Assembly: GCA_019923695.1 (NCBI GenBank)
Contig: JAHXGO010000003.1
Coordinates: forward strand, 1 to 42,450
Direction: 5' to 3'
DNA: 42,450 bases
Source: Candidatus Liptonbacteria bacterium
GTDB lineage: Bacteria > Patescibacteriota > Minisyncoccia > UBA6257 > Colwellbacteraceae
In this document: positions 26,025-34,226 of the stretch, piece by piece
Position numbering within the stretch: the stretch's first letter is position 1
How the letters are laid out: each line of letters opens with the position of its first letter
The notes under the pieces: generated by a model
What the model was told of the DNA's origin: nothing
Seen by the model: the letters and a program-made list of their open reading frames with translations, nothing else
Database searches by the model: none
Position numbers and translations under genes: made by a program

Positions 26025-26348
26025 ATGAATGAAGAATTAAAACAGGGAAATCAAGATAAAAAAGCAATTGCTTTATTAAGTTATATTGGGATTCTTTTTT
26101 TGATACCTTTTTTTGTTGAGAAAAGTAACCCGTTTATAAAATTTCACATTAAACAAGGTATAACTTTATTTATTGCCAACTTGATTGCTGGGGCCATATT
26201 AATAATTCCCATTATCGGCTGGATTGTGGGACTTGTTGCTTTTTTTACTTTTTTTGTTTTTGCCATTATAGGGATAATTAATGTTTTAACCGAAAAGACA
26301 AAACCATTGCCTTTAATTGGAAAATACGCTGATTTTTGGAAAATTTAA
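26025..26348 (+). CDS. Small membrane protein, DUF4870-like
   Basis: 107 aa. KAIALLSYIGILFLIPFF...HIKQGITLFI pattern with 3 TM helices. Confidence 0.65.
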   Translation: MNEELKQGNQDKKAIALLSYIGILFLIPFFVEKSNPFIKFHIKQGITLFIANLIAGAILIIPIIGWIVGLVAFFTFFVFAIIGIINVLTEKTKPLPLIGKYADFWKI

Positions 26349-26410
26349 AAAAGTATTAAGAGTTTCCGTATAAAATTTAATAATTAAAATTAAATTTATA
26401 TACGGAATAT

Positions 26411-26498
26411 GGAGAGGTCGCATAGTGGTCTAGTGCACCGCCTTGGAAAGGCGGCATACCGCAAGGTATCGTGGGTTCAAATCCCACCCTCTCCGCCA
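26411..26498 (+). tRNA. tRNA-Ser (anticodon GGA), long variable arm, CCA encoded
   Basis: Cloverleaf folded by hand: acceptor GGAGAGG/CCTCTCC, anticodon loop TTGGAAA, variable arm ATACC/GGTAT. Confidence 0.93.
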
Positions 26499-26760
26499 GT
26501 TAGGAAATGAAGTCATTGGCTCGCCCGCTACCTGCCCGCAATCGCCTGGAGCGATAGCGACTGGCAGGCGGGCGCGGGCTCGCCAGCCCTGCCTGCGGCA
26601 GGTAGGCGTTTTTTAGGGAAATTTTCCGCCATAGACGAATCTGCCTCCGGCATGACAAACCGTTTTACCTGCCCGCCAAAGCCTCAACACAGACGGGAAT
26701 GAAATCAAGGCCAAAAGTTTACCCGCCTCTGGAGGACGGACTTTTCTTTTCGGAGCTGAA
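26499..26760. other. GC-rich, ORF-free, highly self-complementary segment; class unresolved (structured RNA or foreign-DNA relic)
   Basis: Hand count gives 44 G+C in 26521-26580. There is no ORF of 60 aa or more in any frame. Contains multiple CCTGCC/GGCAGG segments and an 11-mer direct repeat TACCTGCCCGC at 26529 and 26666. Confidence 0.6.
26581..26614 (+). terminator. Strong intrinsic terminator: CGCC-agc-CCUGCC-ugc-GGCAGG-ua-GGCG + U6
   Basis: 10 G-C-rich base pairs followed directly by TTTTTT (26609-26614). Confidence 0.7.
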
Positions 26761-26779
26761 AGAGTTAAAATAATTTTGC

Positions 26780-26794
26780 CATCATAGTGCTATA
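26780..26794 (-). repeat. Truncated copy of the palindrome module (TATAGCACTATGATG on the minus strand)
   Basis: Matches 6931-6945 (TATAGCGCTATGATG) with one difference. The flank GGCAAA is shared with the 391-418 copy. Confidence 0.7.
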
Positions 26795-26883
26795 ATCAGT
26801 TATAAGAAATAGTTGCGTTGTTTACAGTTCTTTGGGATAAAAATAATTGATTAGTTTTTCCTCTGGCCGGTTTAACAAGGTTG

Positions 26884-26909
26884 TAGCACTATGCTATAGC
26901 ATAGTGCTA
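26884..26909. repeat. Perfect 26-nt palindrome TAGCACTATGCTATAGCATAGTGCTA
   Basis: Same core as 413-432, with symmetric G->A / C->T changes that preserve the dyad. It abuts the stop codon of the transposase relic. Confidence 0.85.
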
Positions 26910-27096
26910 ATTACACCACCTTGCACCGCTTATCCAGCCAAGTTCTAATTACTCTTTCTGCCTTACTGTTAGTTATCGAAGTCTTGATACAAATAAACTC
27001 TTGGTCGAGCTTGTTATCCCGACCCAACTTCATAATTGTCATATTGCTTACACCTTGTCTCAAAAGGATTAAAAGTGTAAACAACACTCCGATTTC
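26908..27096 (-). mobile_element. Relic of the C-terminal end of a DDE (rve-type, IS481/IS3-like) transposase
   Basis: Minus-strand frame reads ...MTIMKLGRDNKLDQEFICIKTSITNSKAERVIRTWLDKRCKVV*. TNSKAERVIRTWLD resembles the conserved TNGKAERF(I/N)RTL(K/L)(D/E) rve motif. The rest of the gene is missing. Confidence 0.4.
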
Positions 27097-27142
27097 CTAC
27101 AAATCAGTATAATACAAGCAGTGATATTAAAATATTGAGACT

Positions 27143-27339
27143 ATGATAACGATTAGTGAGAATATTAAAAAGACACACAATAAGTTTGGAACAACCCAAA
27201 ATGATTTGATGAAAAAATCCAATATAAAACACACTCCCCTTACCAAAATTAAGAGTAATGTTGTTTTAAACCAAGTATCCAAACTGTTGCCAAAATTGCC
27301 AAGGCATTAAGTGTTTCAATGGAAAAATTTTTGAAATAA
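27143..27339 (+). pseudogene. XRE-family HTH regulator with a 1-nt frameshift at a T4 run
   Basis: MITISENIKKTHNKFGTTQNDLMKKSNIKHTPLTKIKSNVV in one frame and KPSIQTVAKIAKALSVSMEKFLK* in another. Joined, they give the canonical XRE helix pattern. Ends 8 nt before the next gene. Confidence 0.55.
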
Positions 27340-27346
27340 ATATCCT

Positions 27347-28204
27347 ATGACTAACAAAAAACTTTTTGCGGGAAGAAAAATTGTTATCGCCACAATGCAC
27401 AAAAAAGAGCATGTTATTGCTCCGTTGCTTGAACAACAACTCGGCGTTACGACTGTTGTTGCTGATGGTCTTAACACCGATAAATTTGGGACTTTTACCA
27501 GAGAAATTAAAAGGATAGACGATCAACTGGAGACGGCAAGAAAAAAAGCATATGCGGCTATGGAGTTGACCAAGACTGATTTGGCAATAGCAAGCGAGGG
27601 AAGTTTTAGTCCTCATCCTTCCGTCCCGTTTATACAATCAAGTTTAGAGCTTGTTCTTTTTATTGATAAAAAGCATGGGCTCGAAATTAAAGGACATCAT
27701 CGCGCATCAGAAACAAATATGAATGGAGAATATGCAACAAATATTGCAGAGGTCATAAATTTTGCTACTAAACATAACTTCCCCGAAACTGGAATCATTT
27801 TGCGTTTTGGAGAGAATATTCGATTTGGAATATATAAAAACATTCTTACATTAGAAGAACTTTCCTATCAAGCAAAAAAAATGTTCTCTTATCCTTTCGT
27901 AAAAAAGATTTTTATTGAAACTGATATGCGCGCGCATAAAAATCCAATTCGAATGAAAGCTATAGAAAAAGCGACAATAGATTTGCTTAAAAATATTCAA
28001 TCAGTTTGCCCAGAATGTAAAACGCCAGGATTTGTTGCTGTTGATTTTGAAAAAGGTTTGCCGTGCTCTTTATGTAAGATTCCCACCGATTTGCCAATTT
28101 ATGACATATATCATTGTGAAAAGTGTGGTTTCTCAACCCAAAAACCTGTCACAAAATACGGTGACCTCGCAGATCCAAAATATTGCGGGCACTGCAATCC
28201 GTAA
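27347..28204 (+). CDS. Conserved-looking hypothetical protein with a C-terminal double zinc ribbon; function unknown
   Basis: 285 aa. Four CxxC pairs (CPEC..CSLC, CEKC..CGHC). The N-terminal ~220 aa has no motif I can assign; it may belong to an uncharacterised DUF family. Confidence 0.6.
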   Translation: MTNKKLFAGRKIVIATMHKKEHVIAPLLEQQLGVTTVVADGLNTDKFGTFTREIKRIDDQLETARKKAYAAMELTKTDLAIASEGSFSPHPSVPFIQSSLELVLFIDKKHGLEIKGHHRASETNMNGEYATNIAEVINFATKHNFPETGIILRFGENIRFGIYKNILTLEELSYQAKKMFSYPFVKKIFIETDMRAHKNPIRMKAIEKATIDLLKNIQSVCPECKTPGFVAVDFEKGLPCSLCKIPTDLPIYDIYHCEKCGFSTQKPVTKYGDLADPKYCGHCNP

Positions 28205-28424
28205 AATCTGAATTTATATAATTATTTTCTCTGTATAACCACACTCTGTTTTGAATTTCAAAAAAGCTTTGAATAATATTATTAATCTTTGATAATATCA
28301 AAAAACTTTATAGGTGTTGGATAAAATTTACACTTCCCAAAATAAGTTTTTTTCGATATAATTTATAAAAGAGGTGTGGAGTCGACCCTCTTTAAACAAA
28401 ACAATAACCAAAATTTACGATTTT

Positions 28425-28754
28425 ATGACTATAAATTGGAAAGTCTGGGTGCCAGTTGGGGTTATTGCAATAGCGATTTTTGTTATAATCAACTTCAATC
28501 AATTTTGGACAAAAATACCTGCGCCAACCACCGAAGAAGAGCCGCAAGCGCCGATTGTTGTATCGCAAGAATTGCCGATTGCAATTACACAACCTGCCAC
28601 GGGCAACATTAATGACGCAATAAACGCAATCCTTACCGGTGTTTCTGACGATCAAGCGCTTTTTGATGATGCAGTCAAAGATACCGAATTAATTGTCGCC
28701 GACAGTCAAGCAATTAGTGATTTTGGTCAATCCTATAATGAAAATGAATTCTAA
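28425..28754 (+). CDS. Membrane-anchored hypothetical protein
   Basis: ATG at 28425 gives MTINWKVWVPVGVIAIAIFVIINF (TM helix) followed by an acidic Pro/Gln-rich ectodomain ending SDFGQSYNENEF. Confidence 0.55.
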   Translation: MTINWKVWVPVGVIAIAIFVIINFNQFWTKIPAPTTEEEPQAPIVVSQELPIAITQPATGNINDAINAILTGVSDDQALFDDAVKDTELIVADSQAISDFGQSYNENEF

Positions 28755-29484
28755 AAAAATCTTTACTGGTATTCTCGGAACGGCAATAATAATAAACCTT
28801 CTTTCACCTGCCTTGCTTTTTGCCCGAGAAACTCCGACTACACGAGGATTCTGTGCAAGGGTTGATGAAATTACTTCGCGGATTGATCAGCGAATCGCTA
28901 ATAGAGAAGCAAGATTGCAAACAAAGCGTCAACAACGATCGAATAATCTTACAGAACGAAGAAACACACGAGATGCGCGGCGATCGGAAAATCGAACTCG
29001 ACGAGATGCAAATCACGATGAACATTATGCCAAATTAGAAGCGCGAGCAACTACTGATGCGCAAAGACAGGCTGTTGTAATTTTTAAGACAGCAGTTGAA
29101 ACAGCGGTAAGCGCGCGAAAATCAGCAGTTGATACAGCAATAAGCGCGCTTAAACAAAAAAGCGATCAAGTGATTGCCTCACGAAAATCAGCAACTGATA
29201 CAGCAATAAACGCGTTTAAAAACGCAAGAACCGCAGCCATTACAAAGGCAAAAACTGATTGCGCCGCGGGTATTGACTCAAAAACCGTTCGCGAAGCATT
29301 TCGAATCGATATGAAAGCAGCCCAGAATAAGTTTGAAAGCGATAAACAAGCGATTGAAAAATTAAAAGACTCACTTGAACCAGTTCGCGCCGCAAGAAAA
29401 GCAGAAGTAGACAAAGCCATTGCTGATTTCAAAGCCGCAATGGAAAAAGCGCGCGCTAATCTTAACGCCGCGTTTCAGCAGTAA
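28738..29484 (+). CDS. Secreted Ala/Arg/Lys-rich helical repeat protein
   Basis: Signal peptide MKMNSKKIFTGILGTAIIINLLSPALLFA. A 22-aa repeat RKSA(V/T)DTAI(S/N)A(L/F)K occurs twice. GC is visibly higher than in core genes. Confidence 0.65.
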   Translation: MKMNSKKIFTGILGTAIIINLLSPALLFARETPTTRGFCARVDEITSRIDQRIANREARLQTKRQQRSNNLTERRNTRDARRSENRTRRDANHDEHYAKLEARATTDAQRQAVVIFKTAVETAVSARKSAVDTAISALKQKSDQVIASRKSATDTAINAFKNARTAAITKAKTDCAAGIDSKTVREAFRIDMKAAQNKFESDKQAIEKLKDSLEPVRAARKAEVDKAIADFKAAMEKARANLNAAFQQ

Positions 29485-29523
29485 TAATTAAAAAAAGATA
29501 TTGTAAAACCAAATAGTAAATAT

Positions 29524-30792
29524 TTAACGAGGTGAGTTTGGTTTAAAAGTTCTGGTAATTATTTTTATAGCTTTTTCAATTTGATTTTTATCAGTTTGTC
29601 TTCCAAAACTAAACCGCAAACTGGAAAGAGCTTGTTTTTCGCTAAGGCCTAAACCTAAAAGAACGCGAGAGGGTTTAAGACTCCTGGCTGAACAAGCAGA
29701 ACCGGCTGAAACCGCTAATCCGTCTAAATCCAATTTTATAATCAACTCATCAGCCGGATAACCGGTAAAGCAGATATTCAAAATATGCGGTAAAAAATCA
29801 TATTTTTTAATTGATTCTAAATTAATATCCTCTTCAGCATTTAATTTAATAAAAGTAAGTTTTTCTTTTATTTTTTTCCAAAAATAATATTTAAGGTCGT
29901 AGATTCTTTTTCTTTCTTTGTCTCTTAAGCGAACTGTTTCTTCGACGGCTTTGGCGAACCCGACAATTGACGCCACATTTTCCGTTCCAGAACGCAAGCC
30001 AAATTCCTGACCGCCACCAGTTATTGCCGGCTCAAAAATTTTATTTAAATCAGAATTTTTAAGACAAAAAGCGCCGATGCCTTTTGGACCATAAATTTTA
30101 TGAGAAGAAAAAGTTGCCAAGTCCAACCCCAGCTCTTCTAAAGAACAATCAAAATATTGAAAACTTTGAACAGAATCCGTATGAAAAAGCGGATATAAGT
30201 TTATTAAATCTTTGGAATTCGGGGTTTTTTTTAGATTTCGAAACTCTCGGATAATTTTTGCTATTTCAGAGATTGGCTGAATCGAGCCGATTTCATTGCT
30301 ACCAAAAATAATTGAAACCAAAACAGTTTGTTCATTTAAACTTTCTTTTATTTTCTTCAAATCAACAAATCCTTTTTTATTAACTGGAATAATAACAACT
30401 TCTATTCCTTTTTTTTCAAGATCTTTCGCGGTTTCAAAAACAGAATCATGTTCTATTGAAGAAATAATTAAACGGGGCGGCGAAAAACCCGCAAGACAAC
30501 GATGAGGCCGCTTTACAGTCGTAAAAAAATTAACTGCTCCGCGAAGAATTAAATTATTTGCTTCAGTGGCAGACCCAGTAAAAATAATCTGTCTAAAACC
30601 ATCTCTTTCGGAAAAACCAAAAATTCTAGCAAAAGTTTGACGACTTTCATCAACCGCCTTTAAAGCTTCTTGTCCAAAACTGTGAAGAGAGCCGGGATTC
30701 CCAAACTTTTCCAAAAAATAAGGCTCCATCGCTTCTCTGACCAAAGGGCTAAGAGGTGTTGTGGCGGCAAAATCAAAATAAAGTTTTTTCAT
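29524..30792 (-). CDS. Cysteine desulfurase (class V aminotransferase, NifS/IscS-like)
   Basis: PLP-lysine SSHKIYGPKGIGA and active-site loop SAGSACS. Confidence 0.9.
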   Translation of the reverse strand: MKKLYFDFAATTPLSPLVREAMEPYFLEKFGNPGSLHSFGQEALKAVDESRQTFARIFGFSERDGFRQIIFTGSATEANNLILRGAVNFFTTVKRPHRCLAGFSPPRLIISSIEHDSVFETAKDLEKKGIEVVIIPVNKKGFVDLKKIKESLNEQTVLVSIIFGSNEIGSIQPISEIAKIIREFRNLKKTPNSKDLINLYPLFHTDSVQSFQYFDCSLEELGLDLATFSSHKIYGPKGIGAFCLKNSDLNKIFEPAITGGGQEFGLRSGTENVASIVGFAKAVEETVRLRDKERKRIYDLKYYFWKKIKEKLTFIKLNAEEDINLESIKKYDFLPHILNICFTGYPADELIIKLDLDGLAVSAGSACSARSLKPSRVLLGLGLSEKQALSSLRFSFGRQTDKNQIEKAIKIITRTFKPNSPR

Positions 30793-31357
30793 TTGAAGCT
30801 TCTGTTATCACATTAGTAAAATCAAGTTCTATTTTACTTAAATGAGTGGAAAAATTTTCCGGCAAATAAAGATAACCGCGAAGTTTAGCCAATTCAAAAA
30901 TATCCCGGGTTATTTTGACATCATTAAGACAATATTCTTCAAGTTCTCCAAGTTTTTTTTCATTCCAAAGTCTTATAGCTTCAAGACCGCTGTGATGTGT
31001 TTTGCCAACTCCTAAATTCGCCCTCGCCAAAGAATCCAGACTCCAACGCCGACCCAAAGTCATTTCAATTTCATCTAAAAGGTCTATTCTTCTTAAAGAT
31101 TTTAAATTGAATTTGAAATATTTTTCCAAAACCGGCAAATCAAAACGGTTGATGCCAAAACCGACGATTAAAGAACTTTTTTTAAGTAAATCTCCTAAAT
31201 CAGAAATTTCATTTTCCCAAAAACTTAAAAATTTGTCAGAGGCGTAAGAATAAACGCAAGCCAAAGAAAGATCTAAATGTTTTATATTTTTTTCTCCGCC
31301 AACATCAAAAAAAGTGTTTTTGGTTTCAATGTCTAAAACAAAAAAATTAGGATTCAT
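30773..31357 (-). CDS. DEDD-type 3'-5' exonuclease (RNase H-like fold)
   Basis: Exo I VLDIET, Exo II FGINRFDLPVL, Exo III HSGLEAIRLW...YCLNDV. Its 3' end overlaps the desulfurase start by 20 nt. Confidence 0.7.
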   Translation of the reverse strand: MNPNFFVLDIETKNTFFDVGGEKNIKHLDLSLACVYSYASDKFLSFWENEISDLGDLLKKSSLIVGFGINRFDLPVLEKYFKFNLKSLRRIDLLDEIEMTLGRRWSLDSLARANLGVGKTHHSGLEAIRLWNEKKLGELEEYCLNDVKITRDIFELAKLRGYLYLPENFSTHLSKIELDFTNVITEASNEKTLF

Positions 31358-31380
31358 TTTGATATTAATTATTTAACAAC

Positions 31381-31944
31381 TTAACTGTAGCGGTCAGCCA
31401 CTTTAGAAGCGGCATAACTGTAAGGTTTAACACAAACATCAAAGTTATTTGCTTTTACTATACCGACAATTTCCGAAATCATATTTTTTGTTTCTCCGTT
31501 TTGACCAATATCAACATGAATCTCAAAGTTCCAACTAAAACCTTCATTAAAATCAGAAGCAAAAATATTAGAATCACAAATTGTCCTTTGATTAACAGTC
31601 ATTTTTTGGTCAAGGGTCGCTCTTTGGCCGTAAAAAGCCACAACTAAATCTTTAGCTGTTTCAATTGAAAGCAAAGCTTCATTAAGAATGCGGTCACGCA
31701 AGGTATAAAATTTACCCAAACTTTTACGACGCCAAAAATAACGGCCGCCTTTGCCTTTTCGATGAATAACTACAGCCGTTATAAAATCCGTAAAATCGCC
31801 GGTGATAATTCCCGCGGAAGAATCAGTGCCAACCGTAATTTTATAAGACGCAAGAACATCTTCGTTAATAAAAAAAAGAAGTTCTTTGGCTAATCCTTTT
31901 AAATCCAGTTTTTCTCCTGAATGAGTATTAAAAAAACTATTCAT
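31381..31944 (-). CDS. YkuK/DUF458-like RNase H-fold protein
   Basis: ITVGTDSS...AVVIHRKGKGGRYFWRR pattern typical of the YkuK family. 187 aa. Confidence 0.6.
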   Translation of the reverse strand: MNSFFNTHSGEKLDLKGLAKELLFFINEDVLASYKITVGTDSSAGIITGDFTDFITAVVIHRKGKGGRYFWRRKSLGKFYTLRDRILNEALLSIETAKDLVVAFYGQRATLDQKMTVNQRTICDSNIFASDFNEGFSWNFEIHVDIGQNGETKNMISEIVGIVKANNFDVCVKPYSYAASKVADRYS

Positions 31945-32021
31945 AACTATTCAGTGATTGTACAATAATTATTTATCTTGTAGCAAGAAAAAATTCCAGT
32001 TTGTAAATAATAAATAATGCT

Positions 32022-32051
32022 TTGATATATTAAACTAAAACTTGCTATAAT
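32022..32051 (+). promoter_or_regulatory. Promoter TTGATA-18 nt-TATAAT upstream of ftsK; a second TATAAT lies at 32139-32144, 9 nt before the ATG
   Basis: Counted by hand. Confidence 0.4.
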
Positions 32052-32153
32052 AATAAGCAAAATACTCAACATATTGAACAGTCTATCGCTTGCTATGGTG
32101 GACCTAAAACCCAATATGTCAAGCGATCTACTGCTGGCTATAATAAATATAAA

Positions 32154-34226
32154 ATGTCTAAAAAATATAACCATAAAAAAAATAACGAAGGGAACAAAAA
32201 AGAAGTTTTGTTTTCTCTTCATCCCGAAGCGAAAAAATCAATTGGTGGAATAATTCTTGTCACTACAGCGATGATTTTAGTTTTTGCTTCCTTTAATATG
32301 GCGGGAATTATCGGAAGGGTAATTCATTTAAATTTAATCGAATTTATCGGCTGGGGATACTATCTCTTAATATCAATTTTAGTTTTAATGGGTCTAATAA
32401 TGCTTTTAAACAGGAAATATGAATTAAGCCTTTTTTCACTATTAGGGGCTTTAATTCTTGTCCTTTCTTTTTTGGCAATAATAGATATTTTTTTTCCAGG
32501 AAGCGGCGGCTTTTTAGGAAGAGTGTCAGTTATTTTTACAAAATTTTTTGATAAAATTGCGGGGGGTATCATTGCTTTCGCCTTAATGCTTATCGGATTC
32601 ATTATTACTTTTAATATCCCCTTAAGACCTCCTTCTTTTATAAAATTTCTTTCAGCCATAAAATTTTCAAAAACAAAAGAAATAATTTCAGAGCAAAAAC
32701 AAGAATCTGTTCCAAAAATAATAGAGCCGTCTTTATCACCTCAAACGCCTGAAGGAAAATCGCCCCCCCCAGAAGCTTCAGTTGAAGAAAAAGCTGAAAA
32801 AAAAATATTGAAACCCTCAATAAAAAAACTAACTTTTAAAAATTATATTCCTCCACCAATAGAACTTTTAAGAACAGGTATTGAAAAACCGACCGTCGGA
32901 GATTTAAGGGCAAACGCAAATATAATAAAAAGGACACTGGAGGGTTTTGGTATTCCGGTAGAAATGGGAGAAATAACAATCGGCCCAAAAATAACTCGTT
33001 ATACGCTTAAACCAGCCGAAGGAATGAAGCTTTCAAGAATAACTGCCCTAAATCAAGATTTGGCTCTGGCTTTAGCCGCTCATCCTTTAAGGATTGAAGC
33101 GCCGATTCCAGGAAAATCATTAGTAGGGATTGAAGTACCGAACAAAACAGCGGCATTAGTTAGATTAGGCAGTTTAATGGCTTATCCGGAATTTTTAACT
33201 TCCGGTTCTTTAGCTTTCGCCTTAGGAAGAGATATCAACGGAGAACCAATATTCGCCAATATTGATAAAATGCCGCATTTATTAATTTGCGGCAGTACTG
33301 GTTCCGGAAAATCAATCGCTCTCCACTCGCTTTTAATTTCTTTGCTTTATAAAAACTCACCCGATGTTTTGCAATTAATTCTTATTGATCCAAAAAGAGT
33401 GGAATTATCAATTTATGAAGGTCTCCCTCATTTAATAACCCCGGTGATAATTGAAGGTAAAAAAGCCATCGGCGCCTTAAAATTCGCTATCCAAGAAATG
33501 GAAACAAGATATGAAACCTTACTAAAGGCCGGCCGCCGAGATATTTCGGGTTATAACAACGAACACAAAGAAAACCCTATGCCTTATCTTATCATTATTA
33601 TTGATGAAATGGCTGATTTAATGGCCGCTTACGGACGAGAAGTTGAAGGAAGTATTGTTAGGCTGACACAAATGGCAAGAGCTACTGGAATTCATTTAAT
33701 TGTTTCAACTCAAAGGCCTTCAGTTGAAGTCATCACCGGTTTAATTAAAGCCAACATCACAACTAGAATGGCTTTGCAGGTCGCCAGTCAGGTTGATTCT
33801 CGAACAATTTTAGATATGGCTGGAGCGGAAAAACTTTTAGGAGGCGGAGACATGCTTTTCTTATCATCTCAATTTTCAAAACCAAGAAGAATTCAAGGCG
33901 CCTATGTTTCGGAAGAAGAAATAAAATCAATTACTGAATTTATCGTAAAAAATAACGATTTGCCGGAAAAAATGGAATTGGAAGAAATAATGCCGCTGAC
34001 TGAAGATTTTTTGATGACCGGAGAAGAAGACGAACTTTATTTTGAAGCGATAAAAATAATAGTTGAAGCAAAAAAAGCCTCGGCTTCCCTACTCCAAAGA
34101 AGATTAAAACTCGGTTATGCCCGAGCGGCCCGGCTTCTTGATATAATGGAAGCAAGAGGATTTATCGGTCCGGCAGACGGCGCAAAACCAAGAGAAATTT
34201 ATTTAGATAAAATCAATAATGGATAA
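32154..34226 (+). CDS. ftsK: DNA translocase FtsK
   Basis: N-terminal TM helices, Pro/Glu linker, Walker A GSTGSGKS, IIIDEMADL and a C-terminal gamma winged helix (LLQRRLKLGYARAARLLD). Confidence 0.95.
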   Translation: MSKKYNHKKNNEGNKKEVLFSLHPEAKKSIGGIILVTTAMILVFASFNMAGIIGRVIHLNLIEFIGWGYYLLISILVLMGLIMLLNRKYELSLFSLLGALILVLSFLAIIDIFFPGSGGFLGRVSVIFTKFFDKIAGGIIAFALMLIGFIITFNIPLRPPSFIKFLSAIKFSKTKEIISEQKQESVPKIIEPSLSPQTPEGKSPPPEASVEEKAEKKILKPSIKKLTFKNYIPPPIELLRTGIEKPTVGDLRANANIIKRTLEGFGIPVEMGEITIGPKITRYTLKPAEGMKLSRITALNQDLALALAAHPLRIEAPIPGKSLVGIEVPNKTAALVRLGSLMAYPEFLTSGSLAFALGRDINGEPIFANIDKMPHLLICGSTGSGKSIALHSLLISLLYKNSPDVLQLILIDPKRVELSIYEGLPHLITPVIIEGKKAIGALKFAIQEMETRYETLLKAGRRDISGYNNEHKENPMPYLIIIIDEMADLMAAYGREVEGSIVRLTQMARATGIHLIVSTQRPSVEVITGLIKANITTRMALQVASQVDSRTILDMAGAEKLLGGGDMLFLSSQFSKPRRIQGAYVSEEEIKSITEFIVKNNDLPEKMELEEIMPLTEDFLMTGEEDELYFEAIKIIVEAKKASASLLQRRLKLGYARAARLLDIMEARGFIGPADGAKPREIYLDKINNG

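Noticed and set aside
26507-26557. 16-codon ORF MKSLARPLPARNRLER overlapping the first arm of the alternative hairpins, as a possible leader peptide
   Set aside because: There is no regulated gene directly downstream of the terminator, no run of a regulatory codon, and the AGGAA sits too close to the ATG. Too speculative.
26717-26746. Calling the GC-rich segment RNase P RNA (rnpB)
   Set aside because: A CR-I-like string exists on the minus strand, and CR-IV/CR-V-like strings (AUAGACGAAUCUGCC...ACAAACCGUUUUAC) exist on the plus strand. They are on opposite strands, no P4 pairing partner is correctly placed, and the tRNA-Ser gene limits the available length to ~260 nt. Left as unresolved pending a covariance-model scan.
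29116-29221. Two 40-nt near-identical segments (29116-29155 and 29182-29221) as a possible DGR template/variable repeat pair
   Set aside because: Both lie in-frame in one gene, 66 nt apart, and form an internal 22-aa protein repeat. The differences are not adenine-specific and no reverse transcriptase is present.
31947-32222. 91-aa minus-strand ORF overlapping the ftsK start and its promoter region
   Set aside because: It has a hydrophobic low-complexity sequence typical of AT-rich intergenic translation, and it overlaps a strongly supported gene start.
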